From assembly GCA_002269645.1 (NCBI GenBank), contig NIVC01002670.1, positions 62,001 through 126,000 on the forward strand: DNA of 64,000 nucleotides, in the 5' to 3' direction. The DNA is from Macrostomum lignano (lineage: Eukaryota). Position numbers and translations under genes: made by a program. Numbering within the stretch: position 1 is the stretch's first letter; each line of letters starts with the position of its first letter. The notes under the pieces were generated by a model that was not told the DNA's origin, did no database searches, and saw only the letters and a list, made by a program, of their open reading frames with translations. Below are positions 1 to 12,300 of the stretch, piece after piece.

Positions 1-899
1 ATTTTTAGCTTGATTTGTTACCCGGTCTGGTCCAGGCCTGTGGAATCAGGCTTAGCTTTAGTAAATTGCGCATGGTGTTTGGCCTTAGCTCTTCCCTTTC
101 TCACTTTACTGTTTGCCTATCTGGTTTCTGTTTGACCAAACAATCGTCTCTGTCGCAACACAAATCGCTTTTTGTCTTGTGTTTGTTTGTATTTTTGTTT
201 TCTTATTGTCTTCTTTTATTGCCGATACGGCTGCCATGACAAAGAAGGGCACTGTGTACTTTGCGGGAAGCTCTCGCTGCTCCCTCCACGTCACACGTAT
301 TGATCAAATTGTCACAGCTTTTTAATCTATAGAAACAGTTTTCCAGATTTTTCTGACAATCCGTGCTTTTTGTTGTGTCCATTTGCGTGCGCTGAGAGCT
401 GGGCAGAGGAGCTTTATTTAAACTGGCTTTTTGTAGTCCATGACTGATTCGACAGCCACGCTTCTTTTGGTTACTGGTTACTATGCGCTTCTCAGCCTGA
501 ATGTCTATTTCTGATTTATTAGGTGTCAGATTGTACTCTGCGTCGCTTGATAAAGTCTACAGTAGCCCAGCGACCATCAGCTTTCTATCGTTTCACTCAT
601 TTTTTCTATTTGGTCGAATTCTTGTTGCAGCATTTCTGCTATTATATTGCTACTGATCTGCTTTTTTGTTCTCTCGCTCTCGATTCTGTTAGCAACAGAT
701 ACCATTGAACTAGCTGATTGCACCTTTAGTACTGCGTGCCTACAGGTGACAAAATTAACATTATTCTTAATTATATATTATTCCCGGTTGAAAAAAATAC
801 TGGATTAGCCCATTGAAATTGGCCCGCTCATCGGCCACTTCGTGTCAGAAAAGCCCGCTCTAAAAGCCCGCTCATTTTTCCAAATCAACGAGTCTCTCA

Positions 900-1940
900 A
901 ATCGGCCCGTTCCACGGCCCGCTTCTGGGCCCGCTGGCTGGCCCGCTGGTTGGCCCGTTCTAAACCGGCCCGCTGGCTGGCCCGTTGTTTGGCCCGGTGG
1001 CTGGCCCGTTGGTTGGCCCGCTCACTGGCCCACTCATTGACCCGTTCTAAACCGGCCTACTGGCTGGCCCGCTGATTGGCCCCCTCATTGGCCCGTTCTA
1101 AACCGGCCCGCTGGTTGGCCCGTTGGTTGGCCCGCTGATTGGCCCGTTCTTAACCGGCCCGCTGGTTGGCCCGTTGGTTGGCCCGCTCATTGGCCCACTC
1201 ATTGACCCGTTGTAAACCGGCCTGCTGGCTGGCCCGCTCATTGGCCCGTTCTAAACCGGCCTACTGGCTGGCCCGCTGATTGGCCCCCTCATTGGCCCGT
1301 TCTAAACCGGCCCGCTGGTTGGCCCGTTGGTTGGCCCGCTGATTGGCCCGTTCTTAACCGGCCCGCTGGTTGGCCCGTTGGTTGGCCCGCTCATTGGCCC
1401 ACTCATTGACCCGTTGTAAACCGGCCTGCTGGCTGGCCCGCTCATTGGCCCGTTCTAAACCAGCCCGCTCATTGGCCCGTTCTAAACCGGCCCGCTCATT
1501 GGCCCGTTCTAAACCGGCCCGCTGGCTGGCCAGTTGGTTGGCCCGCTGGTTGGCCCGTTCTAAACCGGCCCGCTGGTTGGCCCGTTGGTTGGCCCGCTGG
1601 CTGGCCCGCTCACTGGCCCGTTCTAAACCGGCCCGCTGGCTGGCCCGTTGTTTGGCCCGGTGGCTGGCCCGTTGGTTGGCCCGCTCACTGGCCCACTCAT
1701 TGACCCGTTCTAAACCGGCCTGCTGGCTGGCCCGCTCATTGGCCCGTTCTAAACCAGCCCGCTGGCTGGCCCGTTGGTTGGCCCGCTGGTTGGCCCGTTC
1801 TAAACCGGCCCGCTGGTTGGCCCGTTGGTTGGCCCGCTGGTTGGCCCGCTCACTGGCCCACTCATTGACCCGTTGTAAACCGGCCTGCTGGCTGGCCCGC
1901 TCATTGGCCCGTTCTAAACCGGCCCGCTGGTTGGCCCGCT
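900..1940 (+). repeat. Left subterminal array of GGCCCG(C/T)T-core units (ggcccgctggtt / ggcccgttctaaacc)
   Basis: Dozens of 12-15 bp units, directly visible. ORFs 842-1075, 1354-1980 and 1370-1942 are read-throughs of this array. Confidence 0.95.
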
Positions 1941-2271
1941 GAACGAACAAAAAAAATAAGTAAAGAAGCAAAATAAGCATGAGATTTCTAAGTCAGACCG
2001 ATGAGCCGTACAATTAGCTTTTTTATAAAAACCGGGAATATACTTCATCGGATCTGGTAAAAACAAAGAGATGTTAAGGTTAAAATTGAATACTAGTATT
2101 TTTTCATGGTGGCACGAATAGCTAAAAGAGCTAATATAGCTAATAGAGCTATCTGAGCTAAAAGAGCTAATATATAAAAGAGCAACCCTAGCCTCAGAGT
2201 CTATTCTCAACCCAAAGTAATGTTTGTCAGCATAGTGAAAAATTGTCACCACAATCGAGGCCTAGTCTCTA

Positions 2272-4208
2272 CTACTCGCTTTCCTCTTCATTTTCTGCGC
2301 AGGCGCCACTTTTCGCAGACGAACTCTCCCGATCCCGTACGGTCCTGACTGTAGGGCGGAAGACCTCGCCGAGTTCGGCGTCTGTGAATAGTTTTTTGTC
2401 CTCCTCTGAGACCAGTTTACTGGCCAGGTAGGACCGTATGGCCGCCTTCTTGGAGCTATCCAGCTCAACCCGGTTGGCCGCTTTCTCTCCTTTCACCTGT
2501 CGACCAGCCCAAGATGCGGTTCGCAGGTCTTGCTCAGGGCACACAGCAAGTATGACTAGCCGAATGGCTCGTCTGCGAATCTTGTTATTGTTTGCGGCTT
2601 TTCGCATTTCAACTGCTGCGGCTTCCAATTTTGTCAGGGCCAACGGACAAACCGTGACACCGGGAAATGCAGCTATCAGCGGCACACGTTTCGACGACTG
2701 GTTGCCCATCATGGAGGTCGATATATTTGCGATTGCCGTCGCAATGGCGTGGCTCACAAATCCACTGGTAAGCTGCGATGACGTCGAGCCACTTGGCTCG
2801 GCATCGATGCCGATATCGGCAGCAGCTGATGACGACTCTCCGGGTGCAGTACTCGAACCAGCGACCAACGTTTCGTAGTCACTAATAGAGCGCACCAGAC
2901 TTTCGAGGTGGCTGCATGATTCTGTAGTTCTACGTGCCACCTCGTTGGCCGACCGCGCCTGCGCCGTGACGAACCGTAGCGTCTCAAGTATCTGAGAATT
3001 CGCATGCATGGAACTTGCAAGACGGGTGTCATACTTTTGCAGCACGTCATCTTTCTGTGCCAGTTCCTGTTTCAGCTGCTCATTCTCAGACCGAATGGCC
3101 TCATTCTCAATCTTCAGGTTGGCTGCATCAGTTTCAGCAGCCCCCCGCTTGTCCGTCTCTTCTCGATTTGCCTCACGTAGGTCACGACATTCGATGTCGA
3201 GGTTCCGGCAGCGCGGGCATCCGGCATCAGGGTGATTTATAACGGGTTGCACGCGCCTATAGGCGCCTGCAGAGCCCCACCCCATTAAAGTTGCCGATTT
3301 GGCCAGGTTGTCCCGGGCAGCGTAGGTGGACTTCCTATCCGGAAAAGGCCCGGCTGTCAGGAAAGCGTCGAAAGTTTTTGCACTCGGGCTATGGCCAGTC
3401 CGTACTTGTACTTTAACGCCGACTGTTCGTGTTACGGGGTCCGGGTCGACGATGCACTTTTGGTCGATGGCCATAACTTTGCCGGTGTTAGTGTACGTGA
3501 GCACCCACCAAATAGCTTTGTGGATGACCATGACACGGGGCGCCTTAGCCTTTGGTGGTCCACCGGCCCTATTGCGATGCCGCATCTCCTTTCTCGACTC
3601 TAGATCTGGCTCGCTCGATGAGTCAGATAGAGATTCGCGATGCCGATGCCTATCGGCATTGGCTTCGGCTTTCCGTTTTGTAGTAGAGCCGGTCGGCTCC
3701 GCGGACACGGCCGTGCTCATATCGGAGCCGATTAGCGCCGTTGAAGTGGCGTCGTGGGCTTTAGGGAGCGTCCTCACAATCGTCGCACTGCTCGATGGCG
3801 TCCAACGCCATTGGAGCGCCACTCCAATAGTCGTCATCTGGAGCTTCTTCGCCTGGTTCCTCAACGATAGATCTAGAAGATACGTCCTCATCGTCGTTGT
3901 CTGAATACTGCGAGCCGGTAGGCTCGACGACCATGGGAGTCTGGACGCCACTGCTACATCCACCTGTTGCCAATGCTGGCTGCCAGCTGCTGCCAACACT
4001 GGCTACACTGTTGCTTGTTTGCGCGTCATGAGTGGTTGGTACGTCATGAGTGGTCCGAGTTGCAGTTAGTAAATGGCTCACTGAAGCTTCTGCTCGTGTC
4101 GGACGGGCTGTCGCCGCAACTGTCTGTCTGAGTGATTCTTTGAGTCGACTGAAGCGCCGTGCGATGGCAACTGACTTCTTGTCGAGCTCTTTTAGTCGTT
4201 CAAGTGAC
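2272..4208 (-). CDS. Transposon-encoded coiled-coil protein with C-terminal BEN-like domain, split by a +1 frameshift at about 3763
   Basis: The ORF 3999-2272 has a CxxC motif, then a heptad coiled coil, then a C-terminal RRAIRLVILAVCPEQDLRTASWAG...ELDSSKKAAIRSYL...RDRE segment with BEN-domain-like spacing. An upstream acidic frame (4208-3761, preceded by a ttttcag acceptor) joins it by a +1 shift. The BEN call is pattern recognition, not a profile hit. Confidence 0.6.
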
Positions 4209-4616
4209 TGAAAATGAAGAAATTGAATACCTGTGTGACTAGGAGAGAATCCGTACTAAAATTGTTAATTAACAAATACCATCATTCTACTATCAGTTTG
4301 AATCAGTTTGCTATCTTAGCCCAAGAGCCAACAAAGGGCGAAGCAATGGTTTCACACTAAACTGGGTGATATCTGAAGTACATACGTCACAACGTAGCGC
4401 GATATACAAATTGCTGTGGGCGTATGAGGCGATAAAAATAAATAAAATTGACACACTTTTTGTACATGTCATCATGAAATTTGTGTATGCACAGTTTATT
4501 GGACAGCATTAGTGCTCTACAAATCAAATAATTGCCCGAGCGCCAAGACACCGCAAAAGTTTACACGTACAAGTTTATACACCATTTGATAAGATTATCA
4601 CGTTCACAACAAGTCA

Positions 4617-5340
4617 GCGGGCCGGTTTAGAACGGGTCAGTGAGCGGGCCAACCAGCGGGCCGTGCAGCGGGCCGGTTTAGACCATTGAGCGGGCCAACC
4701 AGCGGGCCGGTTTAGAACGGGCCAACCAGCGGGCCAACCAGCGGGCCAACCAGCGGGCCGGTTTAGAACGGGCCAACCAGCGGGCCAACCAGCGGGCCAA
4801 CTAGTGGGCCGAGCAGCGGGCCGGTTTAGATCGGGCCAGTGAGCGGGCCAACCAGCGGGCCGTGCAGCGGGCCGGTTTAGAACGGACCATTGAGCGGGCC
4901 AACCAGCGGGCCAACCAGCGGGCCGGTTTAGAACGGGCCAGTGAGCGGGCCAACTAGTGGGCCGAGCAGCTGGCCGGTTTAGAACGGACCATTGAGCGGG
5001 CCAACCAGCGGGCCAACCAGCGGGCCGGTTTAGAACGGGCCAACCAGCGGGCCAGTGAGCGGGCCAACTAGTGGGCCGAGCAGCTGGCCGGTTTAGAACG
5101 GACCATTGAGCGGGCCAACCAGCGGGCCAACCAGCGGGCCGGTTTAGAACGGGCCAACCAGCGGGCCAGTGAGCGGGCCAACTAGTGGGCCGAGCAGCTG
5201 GCCGGTTTAGAACGGGCCATTGAGCGGGCCAACCAACGGGCCAACCAGCGGGCCGGTTTAGAACGGGCCAACCAGCGGGCCAACCAGTGGGCCGCGCAGC
5301 GGGCCGGTTTAGAACGGGCCAGTGAGCGGGCCAACCAGCG
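4617..5340 (-). repeat. Right subterminal array, reverse complement of the left array
   Basis: Units cagcgggccaac / ggccggtttagaacgggcc are the inverse of the 900-1940 units. Confidence 0.95.
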
Positions 5341-6390
5341 GGCTAATCAGCGGGCCGATCTGCGGATCGGTTTCGAGCGGGCCATTAGCGGGCTAATCAG
5401 CGGGCTTCAGAGCAGGCCGGGTTTCAGCGGGCCAATTTGTTGTAAAAGGCCTGTAATACGGGCCGATTCGCTTCGGCCCGCTAATGGCCCGCTCAAAAGC
5501 CCACTGAGGCCCGCTAAGTTTTTCAACCGGGATTACTTACTAACATTATTAACACAGCAATACGATTTGTTATAAATAAAGGTCAGTCCAACCCTTGTAC
5601 AGCTTCCGCGTCGGTTCGTGCGCATCTGTTAATTTAGATTATTGCTTAACTGCATCATATGCTTCTTTATTGCACTAACTGTAGACTCAAAGCATCCCGA
5701 GGAGCTCACTGAGGCTGTTTCCAGCTGAAAAATAGGTACTGGAAAAAATAACATCAAAATCCTTACTTATTTACTACTGTTAGTAGCATGAATATTGTTA
5801 GAATCCAACATAGGCTTTTATTATTCACAGCCAGGGTGAAGCATACATGGCCTGTTTAATCGATAATTGTGTAATTGCTGAATTTTGATGTTTCACTGAT
5901 CACAGCCTGACTGTTTATCGAGTAAAAGAATGGCCGCCAAAACAATACTAAAATATAAAATTACACTATTAAATAATAGTCTAAGAGATTAGGACAAAGT
6001 ACATGAATAGTTTTCTTTTCGGACTGAGAATCGCTAATAACCGAGGCTGATTAGAATCTGAGATGGGGAACACAATTCGCAGTTTATTGTGATATATAGA
6101 AAAACAAAAAGCAACAAATAATTAAATTTGGCAATCCAGATCAATCAGCCTTGCCTTACAGATATAATAGCTAGCGGGAACAAATGCAATAAATAGCGGA
6201 TAATTTGGAGCAGTTTTGGATTCGGAATATCAATAATTTATTTTACAATCAGACAGCAAATTTATTAATTACATCGAAAACACCGAAAATACTACTGACT
6301 GAACGCTTGAGAGTAGCCTACGAGTATATAGCTTGAGTATAAAATTTAAATAATAATAAAAAATCGTTGCAAGACATGACTACAAGTTAA

Positions 6391-9300
6391 CTAACTGGCG
6401 GAGGCTGAGGTGGCAGCGGCCCGCATCTGGCGGAGGGTCTCGTGGCAGCGGGCGCAGACGCGCACCGGCTCCCGGTATTGTGGCGGCAGCGGGGCGCTGT
6501 GCGACGAGCACTCGGCGCAGAACACTTCGCCGCAGTTTCGGCAGTGATGCTGAAGCAATGTTGGCGGTATGAATATAACGAATAAGATGCTTTATAGTAC
6601 TTTTAAGTAGCATATAATAAATGGTCTGATGAACCTTCTGACTTTTCCGGATGAATTTCGGGCTATAGTGATGAGTGTACATTGGCTTCATTGTACGTGT
6701 TATCATTTACTTCGGCATCAGTGCTTGCTAGTCCACAGCTTGCACGCCATACTCATTTTGCCACGGGTCAGAGCGCGAGTCCTCACTCACAGCATTGTAA
6801 AAATAACAATCGCGCGCTCACCCGTCGCAGCGTGAGGCTGAACATCTTCTCGCACTTGCTGCACTGCTTGGCCTGGTCGTCGCGCACCCAGACCCGACTG
6901 CGGGTGGTCTCCTGCGACACCTGCAGCCGCTGATTGTCCCGGCCAATGTCCAGCAGCGCCGACTGCAGCTCCTCCAGTTGGCGCCGCTGCTCGGCTAGCT
7001 CCCGGTTGAGCCGGTCGCGCTCGTCAGCGTCCACTATGAGGCGCTCGGTGAGGCGGCGCTTCTCCTCGTCCAGCTCGTCCACTTGGCGCTCGCTCTCTGA
7101 ATAGTAATTACAGCTTGCTACTCGCGTGATGCTACTGGGGAGTAGTCAGACAGACTGGGAGGGTCTGTATTTCTACCGCAGCTCAGAGCTGCTGCCCAAA
7201 CACAGCAGGGCGAACTGCAGCTCAGAGCTGCTGCCCAATCACAGCAGGGCGAACTGCAGCTCAGAGCTGCTGCCCAATCACAGCAGGGCGAACTGCAGCT
7301 CAGCTTAATTTGTCACTCGCTCACTGCGGCTGAATTTAAAAGTGACGCAAGCTGTCTATTCAGCTGCATACAAACCCTATGTAGTCATGTAATGAAATCA
7401 TTACTATTGTGTCTGAGTCAGACAGACGAATAAGCCAGGTGGCAGGAACCTCACCCTTCTTAGCGACCTCAGCAGCCTCAGTCAGGCGCTGAATCTCCGC
7501 CCGCATTGACTCCGCCGCTTTGCCAGCCTCCGCCAGATCGGCCTCCGCAGTGGAGAGCCGCTCAGCTCCCTGCAGCTGCTCCGTCTCCTGCAGCAGTTAA
7601 TTGCAACAATGCAAAATGATAGAGATTAGCCAATCAGCAATCAGCTGGGCAGCCCGATTGCACTCACGCATTTCAGCCGCAGTTCTCTGAGCTCTGCATC
7701 TCGACCGTCCCGTTCAGCCTCTGTGGCAGCCAGCTGTTCAGCGAGTTTCGCCAGCTCGGCCGCTTTGATGTCAACCGATTCGCGCAGACTCCCTTCAGAC
7801 TGTTGCAGCGATTCGATGCTTGCCGACAGCTCTGACACTCGCTGCGGGTGTGGCCATTCCGATTGACCAATCAGAGAGATGCTAAAGGGAAGCCTCAATA
7901 ATCACTGACCAATCAGAGAGAAGCTAAAGGGAAGCCTCATTAATCACTGACCAATCAGAGAGAAGCTAAAGGGAAGCCTCATTAATCACTGACCAATCAG
8001 AGAGAAGCTAAAGGGAAGCCTCATTAATCACTGACCAATCAGAGAGAAGCTGAAGGCAAGCCTGCTAATCTCCCATGTACTAGCAAAGGCGCCCGCGGTT
8101 CACGTTACTCACCTGTTCAAGCTCCTCATGCCGAGCAGCCGCCAGATCCAGCTGCTCTCGCGACTGCGCCAACTCCGATGTCAGACGATCGTTGGCGGCA
8201 GATGTCTCGGCTAGCTTTGTTGTCAGAGAGTCCCTCTCCTGACAGGCTGTTGCCAACTCCTGACGAGTGCCAGTCAGCTCACTGGTCAGCGAGTCCCGCT
8301 CCTGACAGGCTGTCGCCAACTCCTGACGAGTGCCAGTCAGCTCACTAGTCAGCGAGTCCCGCTCCTGACAGGCTGTCGCCAACTCCTGACGAGTGCCAGT
8401 CAGCTCACTAGTCAGCGAGTCCCGCTCCTGACAGGCTGTCGCCAACTCCTGACGAGTGCCAGTCAGCTCACTAGTCAGCGAGTCCCGCTCCTGACAGGCT
8501 GTCGCCAACTCCTGACGAGTGCCAGTCAGCTCACTAGTCAGCGAGTCCCGCTCCTGACAGGCTGTCGCCAACTCCTGACGAGTGCCAGTCAGCTCACTAG
8601 TCAGCGATTCCCGCTCCTGACAGGCTGTCGCCAACTCCTGACGAGTGCCAGTCAGCTCACTAGTCAGCGAGTCCCGCTCCCGTTCGAGTCCCGCAACTTT
8701 CTTCTGCGCAGATGTCAGCTCCTCCGTCAGCGAGTCCCTTTGCTGACAGAGTTCATTAAACTCCCGACGCGAACTTTCTAGCTGCAATACAATCGAATCC
8801 CGCTCTGCACTGATTTTGTTGGCTTCCTCGCGAACCGAGGCAACATTTTCAGCTAGCGAGTCCCGCTCCTGCACCAGCTTATCCAAATCCGAGCGAGTGG
8901 CAGCTAAATCCGCTGTCAGCGAGTCCCGCTCCTGCACCAGCTTATCCAAATCCGAGCGAGTGGCAGCTAAATCCGCTGTCAGCGAGTCCCGCTCCTGCAC
9001 CAGCTTATCCAAATCCGAGCGAGTGGCAGCTAAATCCGCTGTCAGCGAGTCCCGCTCCTGCACCAGCTTATCCAAATCCGAGCGAGTGGCAGCTAAATCC
9101 GCTGTCAGCGAGTCCCGCTCCTGCACCAGCTTATCCAAATCCGAGCGAGCAGTCGTCAAGTCTGCTGTCAGCGAGTCCCGCTCCTGCACCAGCTTATCCA
9201 AATCTGAGCGAGCGGCAGCTAAATCCGCTGTCAGCGACTGGCGAGTTGCATTTAACTCAGTTGTCAGCGCGTTAATTTCTAAGCGCGCGCTGCTCAAATC

Positions 9301-12300
9301 GGCTGCTAGGGAGTCGCGCTGGCCTGAGAGGCTGTCTGCCCTCTGTCTGCCGGTCTCGGCTTCAGCGGCCGCATCCGCCAGACTGGCTTTCAATTCGGCC
9401 AGCTCTGCCTGCGGAATAAAATCACACAAGAGCGCTAATTACAAGCTCACACAGGGTGTACGCGGCCTTGACTTTCTATTCGTCAGACATGTACACCCTG
9501 TGCCTCGGGGGCTGGCAAGTTTGCGTGCACAAGCCCCAAATGAATGTGGCCGCGCAGGGGTCGTGGCGCGAGAGTCGGATGACCAACTTTGCTCCTTGCT
9601 AATTAGACTACTGACAGTAACAGTACTGAATTTGTTTCGTAATTTTGTAGTTCCTCGTATTCTTACCTCGTGCTTCTCGCGAGCGGCAGTTAGCGAGTGC
9701 TCCAATTTCTGAAGCTTCTTCTGCTGCTTGGCCATTGACTTGCTCTGCTCCTGCTCAAGGTGGACAAGTCAAGGTCAATACTATTGTTAACCGGAACTGA
9801 GCCCTGCTGTAATGCTGTACTAACCGCTCACCTGCTTTTCAGACTCCAGCTGGCTGGCGCTGCTCTTCAGCGCGTCCAGCTCCTCGGCCAGCCGGCCCTG
9901 CATCGACTCCGCCGTCTGGATCGTCTCAGTCGCATCGGCCAGTCGCCGCTCGGCCTGGTCGGCCCGATCTCTCTGGCCGGACACAGCGGAGCGAAGCTCT
10001 CCGCAGGAGGCCTCGGCCGCCGCTAGTCGCGTCCGCAGGTCCTCGGCCAAGCCGTCCAGCTCGCGCTCTCGACTGGCGGACTCGGCTGCCTCGGCAGCGG
10101 ACTCCGACTGCAGCCGATCGATTTTGTCGGCTAGCAGCCGCTCCAGGTCGCATTTTTCATTGTAGGCCGTCTGGCTGGCCGATAGCTGCTGGCGCACTTC
10201 GGACAGAGTCTGCAGGAGTAGCGGAGGCAAGAGTCTCACTATATGAGATCCTTGAGTCTCACTGAGATCCTTGAGTCTCACTATATGAGATCCTTGAGTC
10301 TCACTATATGAGATCCTTGAGTCTCACTATATGAGATCCTTGAGTCTCACTGAGATCCTTGAGTCTCACTATATGAGATCCTTGAGTCTCACTATATGAG
10401 ATCCTTGAGTCTCCACTTGAGACAACCTCACCTGTTGCAGCCGTTGCGTTTCCTCTTCGCGACTGGCCGCTGCATCGGCCGCCTCGCGTCTCAGCGCTTC
10501 GATTTGCGCCTCCGCCTCGGTGCGCGCGTCGCGCTCGGCGGCCGCCTCGGCCCGTCGGTTCGACAGCTCGTCGGATAGCTGGCGCTCGCGATCCTCGGCG
10601 GCGCGAGATGAAGCTTCCAGCTGCCGTTGAGATGGGATTATTTTAGAAAATTTAATACCAGTGGCTGTATTACTCATGGGTGCGATCTATCAGCTGCGTA
10701 CTAACCGCGGCCAAATCAGCTTAACTTTCAGGGCTGATTCTGGTTGAGTACTGAAAACAAATAATTTTTTCAGCTTCACTTCAACAGCCTAGTGGGGAAC
10801 GCAAAGTCTAGCGCAGGCATAGTTAGACAGTTGAAGCGCTAACCTGAGCCTGCAGTCCGTCAGCTTTCTGGCGCAGCTCAGTCAGCTCAGCGGTCAGCTT
10901 GGCGTGCTCCTGCTCCGACTGAGCTGCTTTCTCTCTGAGCAGTTGGCAGTTCTGTAGGTAAGAAATAGAAAATACGACTGTGGGTGTTTCTTACAGTTTC
11001 TAGGGCATCTAAGGGCATTACGCAAATCTAAGGAAATGACAATGACAACGCTAACCCGCATAGATTTGCCCAGCGTATCCATTGCCTCCTCCAAGCTGGC
11101 CTGCGTCCGAGCCGTCTCGGCCTCCGCGTCAGCTCTGGCCGACTCCGCCGACCTGGCGGCCTCCTTTGCCTCGGCCAGGCCGGCTTCAAGACTGGCCAGC
11201 TCGCTGCGCAGGCAGTCCGCCTGCTCCTCCAGGTTGGCCGCGATCGCCTCCCGCTCGGCTAGCAGGCGCGCAGTGGCCGCTTCGCGCTCTCGCGCCTGCT
11301 TAGCCCGCGCCGCCTCCGCCTCCGCCTCTGTCGCTGAATTGGCCGCCAGCTCGGCCGCCATTCGAGTCTCGGCTAGCTCAGCGGCCAGCGCCTCCCGAGC
11401 GGCCCGCTCGCTGGCCAATCTGGCGCGGGATTCGTCGCGCTGTCGCGCCAATTCGCGCTCCTGCGCCTGCGCCGCCGCCGTCAGCCTGGCGATCTCGTCG
11501 TCGCGCTGGCGCAGCCGCTGGGCCTCGGCGTGCCGCGACTCCTCGCGAATGGCCGCCGCCTGCCTGTCGAACTCCTGGCGCATCTCGCCGGCCTGCTGGC
11601 TGGCCCGCTCCTCTGTGGCCGACACGCGGCGTCTGGCGTCCTCAAGCTCGGCGCGCAGGCGACCAAGTTCTGAGTCTTTGCTGCGATAAGACGCAAATTT
11701 TGAGCACAGATATTTGAATATTTTATTTGAAAAACTAGTGTCTATGATGGCACTTTGATATCGAAAGACGAGATTTCGCGAGAAGCTGGCCGATGAGGTT
11801 TTAGGATCTACGATGGGATCTCTTAAGACAATAGGATTTGGGATTTAAGACAATAGGATTTGGGAATTTAAGACAATGGGATTTGGGGATTGAAGATAAT
11901 AGGATTTTGGGATCTAAGACAATGGGATTTGGGGATCTAAGACAATGGGATTTGGGGATCTAAGACAATGGGATTCAGGGATCTAAGACAATGGGATTTG
12001 GGAATTTAAGACAATGGGATTCGGGGATCTAAGACAATGGGATTCGGGATCTAAGACAATGGGATTCGGATATGTTTCAATGAAATTTCGGGATCCAAGT
12101 CGATACAACAATTTGTCATCTAAGACGCTGCGAGCTCGGTTTCTAAGATGATGAATATCTTAAGATCTTAATTGAGGTTTAGAGCTTCTCCAAAACCCCC
12201 ATGTGCATGTACTCGTAAGTGTATTAGGATCCCCCACATGGCAACAGACGCCGAGAAGTCCTGTACCTGGCCAAGATGTCGCGGGACTCGGCCTCCTTGG

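Larger units (their letters stand above)
783..5531. mobile_element. TIR DNA transposon-like element (CACTA/EnSpm/CMC-like architecture), no transposase, with foldback-type subterminal arrays
   Basis: 13-bp TIR CCCGGTTGAAAAA at 783-795 and its reverse complement at 5519-5531. Identical 3-bp flanks ATT at 780-782 and 5532-5534. Internal inverted GC-rich arrays. The superfamily assignment is inferred from the C-M-C terminus, 13-bp TIR, 3-bp TSD and subterminal repeats. Confidence 0.8.

Noticed and set aside
4440-4510. LCIHKFHDDMY peptide upstream of the transposon gene, resembling part of a THAP finger
   Set aside because: No N-terminal CxxC or AVP motif in frame, and no supportable splice connection.
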